From the NCBI RefSeq assembly GCF_018977255.1, contig NW_024704742.1, positions 43,836,001-43,900,000 on the forward strand: a stretch of 64,000 nucleotides of DNA. Direction: 5' to 3'. Positions 36,756-51,700 of the stretch are shown here, one piece after another. The position numbers and the translations under genes are program-made. Numbering within the stretch: the stretch's first letter is position 1; each line of letters starts with the position of its first letter. Source of the stretch: Callorhinchus milii (lineage: Eukaryota). The notes under the pieces were generated by a model, which worked only from the letters and a program-made list of their open reading frames with translations, searched no databases and was not told the DNA's origin.

Positions 36756-39700
36756 CTGTGGAATGACGTCAAATGTAGGTTAAGTTAGGTGGATACTTCA
36801 AACTGGTCCAGCACACCCTGTGAATCTGATGTGCCTTCAGAGCAGGAGAGCAGACATTTGGAAGTGTTCAAACTGCTTACTTTAAGATAACCTTCCCCTT
36901 TAAACAACTTGTCTGGCAAACAGCGAAACTGAAAGGAATTTTTTTTTGTGGGGGGGGGGGGTGGAGGGGGAAAGCGGCTTCAGAACATGCATTTCTGAAA
37001 GCATACGTTAAGAGGATCAGCCAAAAGTCAATTTATTTCTGTTATCATCTTATTGGTCGTTGATTGGATTTGCAACATTTGTTACGGTTCAAATTCTCAG
37101 CATCTGAATTTGTTTCCACCAATTGTTAACTAAAAATAGTGCAATTTGACATAAAAACCACAGTATCTGCAACATACATAATGACCAAAACTGTATTCTG
37201 GCATCTCAGCCTTACTGGACTTAAGCCTTTGTTAACACAATTGTGATGCAAGGCCCAGCCTCCATAGACCTATAAAGTTCTATTATTCCAACTAAAATCT
37301 TTTTGGCAAGTGCAAGCCTGCCTTCTGAGGATCTGGGCACCCCAGGGAAGGCACCATCTGTGCAATCCTTCATACACAAGGCTCGAAAGGTAGAGAATTC
37401 TGCATTCAAAAGCACGATATTACAACCAAAATAGTCGGACCAAGTTATATAGTGGTTTATCAAAATGCCACTTACCACACAGGACACTTTGCGGATACCA
37501 TTTGCAGCGATGTACTGCGCTTTCATGTTTTCTAAGGTTCGGCACTGATTTTCAAGAGTTACTGTCTGAACAGGAATTTGATTAACCTGCTCACCCAGCC
37601 TGGAAATAACGTTACAAGCTAAATAAGAACACCGCACTTCAAAACTGGATAATTTTGTATTTTTTGGTGCATTAAATCCTTCAGTCAGTAGAGTTCAATA
37701 AAAAAAATGCAACCCTGAAGTCAATATGCTTCATATTGACATAAGTACATTTTTGAACATAGTTTCACACTGGACTTACAAATGGAATCTTGGGAGAAAA
37801 TCAATGTGAAGGTCAAGGATTTGAAAATCCTTTAAAAACAGAAATGAGAAAGCACAACCTATTCAACATCTGCGACCAGTTGGGATTTCGCTGAACAATT
37901 TGAATGCACAACAGTGCTCTCTGCCAGCAGAAAACATACAATAGTCCTTACAGTAGAGTCCTGTAGATTAGTGCTTAGAGAACTTGCCTCACAAGCGAGA
38001 GGACCTGGGTTCGATTTCCTGGTATGCAAAACATTGGGCAAGTTTCTTTACTACACGCACCTCTGTTTACTTAGCAGTAAGTAGGAACCCGGTCGTTAGT
38101 CGATTGGCGGATCTGTTTTGAGGGTAATACTCCCTCAAAAAAAAATAATAATTTGGTCACTCAATCCACGACTGTTTGTGGGACACTGTTTTGTGAAATT
38201 GGCTGCCAAGTTTCGCCCACAAAATAGTCAATTTACTTTGCAGCATTTTCTGTGAAGCTTTTTGAGACGTCTCGAAGACATCATATCAAATGCAAGGAGT
38301 ATTATTATTATCATCATCATAATTTCCCCCTTCCATGGATTAAATAATAATAATTCTTGCATTTGATATAGCGCCTTATCACATCATTGAGATGTCTCAA
38401 AGCTCTTCACAGAATATATGGTAAAGTGGATTGATTTTGTGGGTGAATAGAACATCTCCCTTAAAACTTTTATTTAAATTCTTAAAACAATGCTCTGCTG
38501 TTACTCAGGATTTACTGATCATTTCTGCTGAAATTGTGTGTGAGGGCAGTGTGTGTGGGATGTCACTTATAACTCACCTATTTAAAAATAGTTTAGGGAA
38601 AGGTAGCAGTTTTTTTTATGAGACACGCTTTATACCCATACCAACCCAGTCTCTTATCTGAATCCATGACCTTGACATAAATATATTATAGATACAGGAG
38701 AATGTGAATCAAGCAGAAAGTGAGATTATCTCCTGAGCTCCCTCCAATTGTAACAATCCTTGTATAGAGCATCAACCACCAGGAATGCCCTTTAGGAAAA
38801 ACTATTTTACTACTAAGGAATAAATAATCTCTGCAGATAGGTGTAGCGTCTCAAAATGCTTCACAAGGTTTAATGCAAAGTAGTGACTGTATGTTTTGGA
38901 GGCAAACAGGACAGCCAAATTGTGCACAGCAATGTCCTAGAAACAGTCATACATTTGATAAATTTTACGAGGAGTGTAAGGGGTGAGGGGAAGAAAATGT
39001 TCAAATAGTACCATGGCTTAATTCAATATTAAGGAAAACATTACTCAAAGCAAATGTTATCAGTTACATCACAACTACAACTGCATTTTAAACAGTCCCA
39101 TTAGTGTGTACAAAGGTAGAGGAATTGCATCTCAAACTCAGCAGTGTTCAATCATTACCTTTTACCAACATCCAATCTGAATTCCTCCTCTGTCTGCTCA
39201 CTCATGTAAATTGATGACAATGGCAGCTGTGCCAAAATTCGACCTTTCTCTTCTCCTCCTACTTGCTCCTTCAGTAACACTGTCAGCATTTCATCATCGT
39301 AAAAGCCAACATCCAAAAAGTGGAACTGGCTGGAAGAAATATTATCTGACATTTTAGAATTGAAAAATACAGCTGCAGACACATAGTCCTATTTGGTATT
39401 GTCTACATTATCTTACCTTTTGATTACTGCAGTTTCCAAATGCACAAATACTAAGTAAAATTAAAAATTTCCAGAATATATACTTCTCTATTGATCAATA
39501 TTACGAAGGAAGAACTATGTGAACTACCTAGAGTTACAGAACTCTTCTACTTTAGTGTCCACTGAAAAAATATTTAAAATCTATCAAGTTATTCTTATTT
39601 GATGCAGAAGTCTAATCCTCAAAGTTAATCATTAAATGAAAGGGGGTTAATAAGAACAGATCCTCTAGAATATCGGTATATCATTCTTTAAATATAGCCG

Positions 39701-42700
39701 AGGTACAATTGTCCTGGGTGGTACAATCAACACCGTTGACAACGTATCCATGGTTATTGGTTAAAAATAATCATTACTTTACGATAGGCAACTCAGAATC
39801 ATAACCATTAAGCCTTTTACAACCTGTGGCTATAGATTCACATAATCCAACCTAAAAAAAACAAAACAGTCACTTGCTATAAATTCCATTCGTTCTAGCT
39901 CAGCTGCTTTAGTGACACAACCCAGGGTAGTCCAACAGGGACAAGAGCCGGCGGTTAGGAGGATGCAGTGCGGTGAGTGGAAATAATGACGTCTGTCAGG
40001 GTCCCGACCCAACTATCCAGTGCCTTGGGACGTCCTCCTGACGTGAAAGGCGCTCTATAAATGCAATCTTGTTATTGTCAGAAAGCCGCTCCCGAGCCAA
40101 GGGAAAGCCAAGCACTTAACCAATCCCATCCTCCCAACCGCCGGCTCCCGCCACTACAACGAGAAGACGGTTCACTGGGCGGGAGAGACCAGGTGGCTCG
40201 AGGTTGGAAATGATCTGGGGTTGGATAAAATCACCCGCCAGGCCGGGTGATTGACAGAGCGGAGGAGAGGGAGTGATTGAGAGAGTGCGCGCGCGTGAGG
40301 GAGATGGGGTGGCAGAGAAGGGGGGGAAGAAACACAGAGAGGGAGGAAGATAGAGAGTGAGAGAACAGAAAGAGAGTGAGAGTGCAGGAGTAGGGAATTC
40401 TTATTATGAATCTATTATTGCAACAGGATATACAATTCAATTCAAACAATCTGTCTAATTTAGTCAAGGCCAATTGGAACTTATAAGCGCATGCACATTA
40501 GAGCTTTCTAAATTAGGTGGTTTTATAGAAAAATAGCCAGTTTTTGGGCAGCATCGAAAAGCCAGATTAGAAGTTATTTCAAAAGACTGCATATTGGATC
40601 GCAATAATAATGTTTCCAATTATGGCTGTAAGAAAACCTCAGGCCGTGATTTTATTGCAGAAAATGCAACTTTTTGCAGTTGCTGCAAATTTTAATGATA
40701 ACAGTGAAATGGACCACCCACCTGTCTATCAACCCATCTCAATGGAGCTTCAACTGGACATGATAAAAGCATGGAGCGAGTGGGTGTCTTAATGGTGATC
40801 TGTCCATTGGCTTAAGATAATTCCAAAATAAAATGACAGGAATTCAATATTTGAGGTCATTTTCCCTTAGAATCATACATACCTTGGAAGATAGTGAAAC
40901 AGAAAGAGAACATACCTTTCCTTCTTAGTTTCATTCCTACTACTACACAAAAAGTCTCCAAATTCCACAGCCAGCAGCCAGTTGGAAATAGACCTTTAAA
41001 CAGACCATAACAGAAACATTTGGAATTTGTACGACACAGTCAAAACATTTATTTGTCAGTTTATTCGATTGCCTTATAAAATCCAGAAGGAAAACATTGG
41101 TGGCAGCAATAGACTGATACCAGATGAGCATTCCCCCCTCCCATCCCGTGAACTAAATACAGCTGCTCAGATAGTTTCCCATCTTTTCCTCATGACATAG
41201 GTCAGTAAAGATGACCATCAATTGAACATAATGGATTTTCAGAATTCTTTGCTACAGGTAAAATATACTTTAGTAGTATTTTCGTCTTGATGGCTATGGG
41301 GAGAATTTTATTTAAAACACGTCTAAGCCTTTTATTTAGCTGTACTCGTTAAGAGATAATATCATGGGAGTAGAAAAAAGGGACATGGACATCTGTAAGA
41401 TAGAAACAGAATCTGTGTGGATAGTGATAAAAGATAAAAGGGATCAAACACACAAATAGGGGTTTTCTACAGACCACCTAATAGTGGAAAGGAGATAGAT
41501 GAAGAAATATGCAAACAAATTAGAGAAGTTAGTAAAAGATATAAGAGTAATAATCATGGGGGATTTCAACTACCCCCAAATAAATTGGTTAGAAGAGGTA
41601 GGTAAAGGGGATAAGGGAATGGAGTTCCTTCAATGTGTACAGGACTCATTTCTTACCCAGTATGTAAGAGGCCCAACAAGAGAGGAATCACTACTGGATT
41701 TAGTAATGGGAAATGAACCAGAACAGATAAGAGAAGTATGAGTAGGGGAATATCTGGGCAATAGCAATCATAACTTAATTAGGTTTAAGATAAAGATTGA
41801 GAAGGATACAAGTATGACAAAGACCAGAGTAATAGATTAGAACAAAGCTGATTTTGAGGATGAGACTGGAAGTTGGGAAAATAAACTGGAAAACAATATA
41901 GGCAAACAAAGAGATAGAGCAGCAGTGGGAAACATTTAAAAGTGACCAATAGAGTCCAGGAGAAATATATTCAGCTAAAAAGCAAGACAAAGCTAAACAA
42001 TAATGAGACACTGTGGATGAATAAAGACATAAGGGCAAAGTTGAAACTCAGGACTCAGGAAAGAGGCGTTCACTGAGTACATAAACAACAAGGGAGAGCA
42101 TGACAAAAAAGAATATGAAGAGGTCAAGAAACTAGTCAATAAATAATTAAGAAGGCAAAGAGGAACTATGAAATTAAATTATCAAGAAATATAAAACGTA
42201 ACAGTAAAATATTCTACAGACATAAATAACAAAAGGAAAATCAAAATAGGAATAGGGCTACTAAGGGATGGACAAGATAAGTTCACAGGCCACGACAGCG
42301 AAATGGCAGAAATATTAAATAATTACTTTGCCTCAGTATTCCCCAGGGAGATGGATCAGGTGGACATGACAGTAGAAGAAGAGAGCAAAACTAATATAAA
42401 TACATTTAAGATACAAAGGGGAAATAAAATCAAAAAACTAATGAAACTCAGAGACGATAAAACCCCTGGTCCAGATGGATTGCATCCACGTATATTAAAA
42501 GAATCGAGGGAAGAGATAGCAGAGGCACTATTACACATAAATAATAACTCATTAGAAAAGGCAGTAGTGCCAGAGGACTGGAGGATAGCTAATGTTACAC
42601 CTATATTTAAAAAGGGAGATAGAACAAGCCCAGGGACCTATAGGCCTGTCAGCTTAACGTCGGTGGTAGGAAAGATAATGGAATCCTTACTGAAGGAGAT

Positions 42701-45700
42701 AATAGAAAAACATCTAGAAATGGAAACCATAATAAAGAAGTCAGCACGGATTTCAAAAAGGAAGGTCATGCTTGAACAACCTCATTGAATTCTTTGAAGA
42801 GATAACAGATGCAGTTGATGTAATATATTTAGATTTCCAAAAGGGTTCGATAAGGTACCACATAATACACTAATTAATAAGGTCAAAGCATGTGGAGTCA
42901 GGGGCAAAATAGCAAAATGGATAGCAAGCTGGCTACAAAACAGGAAACAGAGAGTAGGGGTAAAGGGTAGCTAACTCAGACCGGTAGGGGATGGGCAGTG
43001 TTGTTCCACAAGGATCGGTATTGGGACCACTGTTGTTCACAATATACATTAATTATTTGAACTTGGGAATCAGCAGTACAATTTCAAAATTCGCGGACAA
43101 CACCAAATTGGGAGGAGTAGTTAATACAGAGGAGGACTGCAACAAATTACAGCAAGACAATAAACTTGCTGAACAGGCATTTAAAAGGCAAATGCATTTC
43201 AATTTAGAAAAATGTAAGGTGGTACATTTTGGTAGAAGGAATAAGGAAGTCACATATATCCTGGAAAATAAAAATCTAAATGGGGAAGAGAAACAAAGGG
43301 ACCTAGGGGTACATATGCACAATTCACTAAAAGTGGCAACGCAGGTTAATAATGTCATAATAAAGGCAAACCAGGCATTGGGGTTCATTTCTAGAGGGAT
43401 AGAAATGAAAAGAAGGGAAGTTATGGTAAACCTATAGAATCAGGGTTAGACCCCACTTAGAATACTGTGCTCACATTATGGAAGGGATGTAGAGGCACTG
43501 GAGATGGTGCAAAAGAGATTCACAAGGATCATCCCAGAACTGAGAGGTTATATCTACCATGCTTGGACTCTTTTCTCTTGAAAAGAGGAGGGTAAGGGTT
43601 GACCCAATAGAGGTCTTTAAAATGCTGAAAGGTTTTGATAGGGCAGACACAGGGAAGATGTTTCCACTTGTGGGGGAGACCAAAACCAGGGGCCATCAAT
43701 ACAAGATAGTCACAAATAGATCAAATAGAGAAGTTAGAAGAAATGTATTTACACAGAGAGTAGTGGGAATGTGGAACATGCTACCACAAGGAGTTGCTGA
43801 GGCAAATAGCATGGATGTATTTAAGGTGAAGCCAGATAGGTACATGAGGGAGAAAGGAATAGAAGGATATACCTAAATGCTTAGTTGAGGAAGGGCAGGA
43901 GGAGGCTCACGTGGAGCATAAACACCGGCATAGACCAGTTGGACCGAATGGCCTGTATCTGTGCTGTATATTCTAATGTATTTACCTTTAACCTAAAGAA
44001 ATCTGAAAATGACTCAGTAGTGCAACAGTATGAATTTTCCATTTACTGCACCCATCATATCTAACTCCTCCCTGACTTTGCTAATTTGTGCCAATTTGGG
44101 GGAAGTTTTGTATTATTAGATTGAAACAATTGAAATTCACTTCACTTGGATATCTATAGCCAAAGAGGAATGTGATAGATGTATTTAAGATTTTGAAGAG
44201 GCCTGACAAGGTAAATTAGGAAAACTATTTCCTTTAGTTGAGGAATCGGTGACAAAGGTCAGAGTATCAGGATTATTAGCAGAAGAATCAGGGAAGATAA
44301 GAAATATTTTTTTTATTCGAGAGGTTTGTTAGGGTGTGGAATTCATGACCACAAGAGGCAATTGAAGCTGGATCGATACAATTGTTCAAAACCAGCCTAA
44401 CCATCTAAACAGTAAAACCATTAGGAGATATCAGAAAAAGCTGGAAAATATATTAGTAATAAAAGGTGACCTAGAAAAAAATCAGTAGCAGTGGCAGAGA
44501 CACGTGTACCAAATGGTTTCTGTACTGACAATTTCTATGTAAATGCATTCAATTTTATTTAGCTTGTACATAAATGCATTCAGTTCTAGCGCAATGCTAT
44601 TACGTATGATACTCTGCAGTGGCCTCACCTTGATAGGTCTGTTGGTCTTCTCATAATGTAGATTCTAGAGGACATCCCTGTGTGCATTGTGAATACAATA
44701 TACTGTAGATTTGAAGACTTATCATTCCAGCTAAAAAGAAAATAGATGACAGGTTTATGTTTGATAGAAAGGTAAGCTCCAAAGCCACAGAACATGTCAT
44801 ATTTAATTCTATACACGTTGAACAACAATGAAGATTTCAAAGCTAAAATGTACCAGGGAAACTTACAATGACGGTAATGCAAATCTAGGTACTGTACCCT
44901 CACTGAAATGGAACAGAAACACAAGTTAATAATATACTGTGAGATTCAACCATTTTGAGACCGACCAGAGACGACAATAGTATTTTCTGGTCTTGTACTT
45001 TCCTAAGTAAGAAATACTAGAAAGTCCTACTTTAACACATGCCAGTGTGCCAGTTTGAAGAGCTTTCTTTTAATTTCAAACAAGGGTCACATTTCCAAAA
45101 CTTCATTTGGCATATTCTTAGTCCATATAAATCTAAAAGAATACAGACAAGTACCTTGGATATAACCTGTAGAGAGGCATATAGACAACTTGACTAACAG
45201 ATTTTCCAATGACTTCCTGCAAAATAAAAAAGGACATAAATCAAATGAAAAAAAAACGAATTTGGCTATTGTTTCATTGTAAAGAGTGTGGGCATTATGT
45301 TCAAATACTCACAGACGGTTTTTGTAGGCAAATGTCAATCTGTTCTTGCACTCGTCTTTTAACATAATGTAATGACTTCTTGGGATGGTAAGGAAACAAC
45401 AAAGGGCTTTCTGCAAGTAAACATTAAAAAAATAATAGTTGCATACAGTTAATGTAATGGCATCTAAAATTATTCCGGTTTGCCACAAAAAACAGTACAG
45501 TACTGAGGAATTTAAAAACCTAAAGGAGCTTCAGGGAACCGAAAAAGAGAATGATTAGGAATAGTAATAATTTTAAACATTATTTCTTGGATTATTTTTA
45601 ACACAAGGAACATAACAGCATAACAACATAACATAACATAACAACATAACAATATCCAACAAGTACCATATAAGTTCTGGGACTTTGACATTAGTGAGTC

Positions 45701-48700
45701 AGAGCTTCTAGAAAATCACATGGAGAGGTAAACAAATAAATCTTCCAGGACAGAAGAGCAATACAAAGGGTATAAGGTAGAGATTTATGAAACACAGGTG
45801 ATCATTTTGAGAGACATAATAAACAATGTGGAAGACTATTGAAGGCTAGAAACAAGCAAATGTGATTCCTATATCCGAGAACAGTAACAGAGTTAACTAA
45901 CCATAAGTTCAGTATAACTTAGAAAAGGGAAATATTATCCACTTGTATATTAATAAATTCAGAATTACTGCCTTGTTGCCCTTGAAGAAATCTTTTTTTT
46001 CCACTAGTTCATAGTTACTTTGGTTTAGTTAGACAACTGAAGTAGCATAATTGACTTATGAAAAGCAGACTGTAAACGGTCGATAAGTACACTAAATTTG
46101 TCCTTATAGAATTCTATATTTGTTACATTATCGTTTAAGACCATACATGAATATTTTCTGCCTTTATGAATCGAAGTAAAGTGTAGGATATCTGTCCAAG
46201 TTAATTGCATACCTCCCCCATTACAACCATACAAAATATATTGTTTGACACTTGTACTGATCTAAGGTGTACATATTCTGAGTTCAAATCAGCAAAATCT
46301 ATTCCTATGATTCAGTGGAATCAATTTAATTTCCACCAATGTAAAGTGGGTGTGAAGAGCAGTGAATTAATTTGTTTTTGATTGCCTTGAAGTCTCAAAT
46401 GAAGCAGCTCAGGCAAAAGTTTCATATCATTTGCGCATAAGCCATAATAATAACTATCCAAAGTAACATTCCTAATAAAGATAAATTGTGACTTAGTACT
46501 TGTGAAAAAAAACAAGTTATGTCTGCACAGTCTTTACAAAATGGTCAGAGCTATTCTAACATCACCAAAAAATTCAAGCGTTAATCCCTTGTCTACTGAT
46601 GAATGAATGCAATTGTGTTTTAAGTGAGATTCTATGCCAAATTTAAACGTAGTAGAATAAGCAAGAAAAACAATAGACTTATTTCCCTATCAAATCAAAT
46701 ATACTGCCAAATAAATCATCTGAAACTAAAAGCACTATAACTAAAAAGAACCTTCCATAAGGCTAACTATGAGCAACCCACAGATTAAATTATGTGTCAA
46801 ATATAAATCTCACCTTTAAGATGGATACTGTTCTGTAAGAAAGAAAACCAAGGGTTTCCTTCCGTCTCTGGAGGAGTTACCAGATCATCATCTTCATCTT
46901 TTAAATACTGTGAACATATTTATATAAAAACTATGTCAAGTTAAATGTCAATTTAACACATCAATACTGTACTTTTTGGGGAGGGGAAAAAGAAGTGAAT
47001 ATTTAAGATTTTTTGATTTTTAGTAATTATTCATCATATGAATATGCGCAATTGGCTGCTGAGTTTCCCCCACCAAATGTACAGACAATTCACTTTACAG
47101 TATATTCTATGAAGTGCTTTGAGACATCTCGAAGAGTTAATAAGGCGCTATTTCAAATGCAAGGATTATTATCATAGGCCAGTTACAAATCAGAACACAA
47201 AGAGCTATCCTTACATCACCAAAAAATTCAAGCGTTAATTCCTTGTCTACTGATGAACGATTGCAATTGTGTTTTAAATGAGATTCTGTGCCAGATTTAA
47301 ACGTTGTACAATAAGCAAGGAAAGCTATAGACTTATTTCCCTATGTTTAATCAAGTATACTGCCAAATAAATCATCTGAAACTAAAAGCACTTTGTGTTC
47401 ACATGGAAATGAAAACCAGTAAATATAATTATTGACAGTGCAAAGAAATCCGTAAACAAATTGAAAAATTAAACAGTATACCTGGCCGACTCTCTCCACG
47501 TTAAAGTACTGCCCCTTTTGATCATAAAGTTCTGGTGCCTGCAAGGAATAACCAAAATGAAAAGGAAAATAGATGGAAACAACTAAAATTCAATACATTT
47601 ACCTCCTACGTCTTGGTAAAATATTTTAAATCAACTACAGTATGTACACCTTTCATTTAAATAGCTCTTTTGTCCACATAAAAAAATTCCCTCTCTTCAC
47701 ATAAAATTATGAAACAAAATCAATACCCCAATTGCTGTAATATATCCAAACAATTTCAAATGCACTTTTATCATCCAGAAATGTGGCAAGAAAGGTAAAA
47801 GTTCATTCACGAGGCTGAGCTTTGTACTGCTAACCCTGGCAATATGCTAATTCCAAAGCTATGCATCACATTACATGAGAATATCGTTGAACATGTTATA
47901 CCACGACAGACAAAAACAAAGACATACAAAAAGATTTGCCTAAGTATGAAGACAACAGCCAAGACTTGCTAACATTACAAAGGGTCCAGTTAAACATAAA
48001 GTCTTATGTACAATGAAGTAACATCGCATGCCAGAATGGCATGGTTTAAGAGTACAAATTTCCTAAAGTGTTTTTAGTTTGATTCCTTTGCATTCCCATG
48101 ACTGCAATCTACACGTGCAATTGACAACTGAATAAGTGGAGTCCTGTAACTCAGTGGTTAGAGCACTCGCCTTGCAAGCGAAACACCTGGGTTCAATTCC
48201 AGGCAGGGCGAAACCTTGGGCAAGTTTCCTTACTCCACACGCCTAATAATAATCCCTCCAAAACAAAACAATAATAAATTGGTCATTTTCAATCCACAAC
48301 TGTTTTTGGGACACTGCTGTGCGCAATTGGCTGCTGCGTTTCGCCCACAAATATTCGGTCAATTCACTTTACAGTCTATTCTGTGAAGCACTTTAGAGAC
48401 GTCGAGAAGACGTGAAAAGCGCTATATCAAATGCAAGGATTATTATTATTATTAGTGAATCATAATGAAAAACTTACCTCTTTAAAATGCTCAGATAGGA
48501 AGTCAGCAACAAAAGCCACGTCTCTGTGTGTCATCTGTGTGTTTTAGGAAAAAAAGCCATGGGTTGATGTGTATAATAGGCATTCCAGGTTCGATCCATT
48601 TAAACAACTACCACTTTGGCTGCTAATTCATTTTGCATTTTTAAATCCATGATTTTGATTAACTACAATTAACCCAATTGAGTCACAATGACACTCAATC

Positions 48701-51700
48701 CTGAATCAAAACATCTGCATTCTAGAGAAGTAAGATTATGGGTAAGATTCACCAGTAGCATCTCTTTGACAACTGATTTCAGTCGGTTTCAGATTTATTT
48801 TGAGCAAGTTCCAGGTATTTAGATTTACTGACACATCAAATTACAAATTATTAAAACTAATATGCCTATTCCAAGTCTTTGCTGACCTCTCGATGGTGGG
48901 ATTGAGTGCACTGAGCCACGTCAGTCTTGAGTGGAGTGGAATCAGAATCAGCTCAAATCAATTGCCTGCCAGGACCGACTTTGTTTGTAGAAGAACAACA
49001 ACTTGCACTTATATAGCGCCCTTCACGCAGGGTAGGGTCTCAGAGCGCTTTGGTACAGAGTGGTACAGAGTGTGGTAGGCAGAAACAACTATTTATTTAC
49101 CTGGATGCTGGATCTTTAACCTTTGGAGCAAGACATGGTAGGTACAACCAAAATTTTTAAGCACATTCTTCGTGCCATGTTTTGATCATGGCTGTCAAGA
49201 GCTGGTAGGCACTAGTGCAATTCTAGCGTTGCTCAAATTCTGTATGAGCAGATATTATCGAATGCATGACCTCTGGTCATCTTTCCTCCCCTGTATTCCA
49301 GGAAACTGCTGATGACACCTGTCAGGCTCATCGGCAGGAGATGGAAGGGCAGACCCATCACTGGGTCAATCCAATTTACAATATATCCTGTGAAGCGCTT
49401 TGAATATATCATTGTGGAAGTCTCAACAATGTAATAAGCCCCTACATCAACTACAAGGATTATTATATTATTACCTAACTGGTGTTACAAACTATATAAA
49501 GTGAGCAATTTATATTTACCTTATTGAGTTCTGGCAAAACGTGATCATCAGACATCCTCAACATTGCTGAAAAATAAATGTTATTACTTGATCTTTTTAG
49601 GGATAATATCAACATACAAGAAAAACAATGGATGAGATGAGTTTCTTTACCTGCGTAGAGCCATCGAAAAAAAGCTTTGAAGTTTTTCATACTATTGTCT
49701 ATAACTCTGAAAAAAAGGAAGCCTTGTTAAATAGCAAAGGTTATAATTAGCTATTTTAATTGCTATATTACAGGTTACATTAAAATTACTCTAATTTTAA
49801 AACACGGTTCATCTATAAATGCAGTCACTATACTTTACAGTAAATTCTATGAAACACTTGACAGTGAAAGGCATTATACCAAATGTAAAGATTATTTATT
49901 TCCAACATCATTGTAACTTAATATCAACCATTATTTCTTGGCTTCATATCAATAGCTTCTGTAAATAAATCAAAATCTCTTGAAATCAGTATACATTCAG
50001 TACTGTCAGAGAAATGTGTTTGAAACTCTTCTGTTATTCTTGGGTTGACTAAACGTATTGCTAGAATCTGTCCAACTAAAATTGATTATTTCTTGTTGAA
50101 ATTAACAAACATCTGAAATGCTAATTAAAAAATGAGCTAACAGCTTGCCAGGCAGCAATATCTACAGCAAACTATGCGGTTTCAGCTGGTTAAACTCCAG
50201 CAGTACCCCAACACACACTCTGGGGTCCCCAAGCCTTGGCTCTTGCCAACCTGAACCTAATACTTTCCGGAATTAGGTAAACAGGATGAGTCCCTCCAGG
50301 GAGAGAGTGGCACTCCATTCCAACAATCTATCACTGGGATTTCCACGTGTAGGTGGGATGCATGGAAATCTCAGCTTGGGTAGGATACTCTTAAACATGG
50401 TGATGGGTTTCCACATGTGTCAGACACCGACCGGGCTGACCAAATAATAATACTTAAAAGTAAATTACTCGGTTACATTGTGTGTCATGAGCATAGTGGC
50501 AATTTCACACACACACTAGGTACAGTTGTTTTAGGGTGGGATCTAGGGAAGAAAAAGGATGTTGAATAATGAACTTTCAGATTAGCAGCTCACTGATAAC
50601 TGAGATTTCACTCAAAATTATTTTTGTACTTACTGTAAGAGTTCATTTGCTTTTAGTATAAATCCTCCCACAGCATTTATGGCATCTTGGAAAGAAAAAT
50701 GGATTAAGTAAAACACTCAAAAAATTAAATAGCAAAACAATTTGGGGATTAAAATTATACCTGGGACAGATTTAATCCATTAATATAGCATTTCAGAGTG
50801 TGCAGAATTTGGGAAAATGTTCACTTCGTGGCTAACTGTGGAACATTGCTGTGTACAAAGCGGCAGCTGTATTCATTCATTCACTACATTTTACAGTAAA
50901 ATCAGGAAGCTCTTTTAAGGCTGACAACAATGTCATAAGGCGCTATATTATATACAAGGATTATTATAATTCAGTTTTAACTTTGAATTTTTTTTGTCGT
51001 TCTTAAAAGAGCTTATAAAAATTGGCTTCAAAATTAAAGACTGTATTTAAGAAAATGACACATTCACAATGCTCTGAATTGTTGCATAAATAGAGTGAAT
51101 CTAAACCCAGGTGGAATTTCTACCTAGTTATTTTGGTAGAGTCGATTATTGGAGCACAAATATGTTACATCAAGGAAGCACAGGGCACAAGGATTATAAC
51201 GTTGGTTGCTTAAATAATATCACTATTAAATTGAGTGGTGGGAACTATAGTTAAAACAGCAAGTAACCCAGGCTCTACTTTGTGGTCATAATTACACGAT
51301 ATAACACAAATGTTCACAATGTACCACTGACAGAAAAGTAAAATTCAATAGCATTGGTTAAATCCTAGCTTTTGTGTTCGACAAGCAAACTATTATTAAA
51401 AATAATGAATGGTAAAAATAGTATAATTCTACAATTTTTAAAAAAAGGTTTACAATGAGACGCAATAATGTAAAAGTAAAGACTCCCATGATTATTCAAT
51501 ACTTCATCAGAATGTTTACTGGCAAATAAAAAAGTCCTTTCTGAAAAAAAATCACAAACATTGAATATCTAAAGATTTAAAAAGCTTAAAGCAACAGTAC
51601 CTTCTATTGCTGATACATCCAATCCTAAAGGTTGGTATTTCTGTTTCCACATTGCCATTCCTTTTAACTCGCTTAAATGATACAGAAGAGCTTCTGAGCC

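Larger units (their letters stand above)
46547..47392. repeat. About 190-bp direct duplication (46547-46736 and 47201-47392)
   Basis: Colinear copies, e.g. acatcaccaaaaaattcaagcgttaat and tatactgccaaataaatcatctgaaactaaaagcact in both. Confidence 0.95.
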
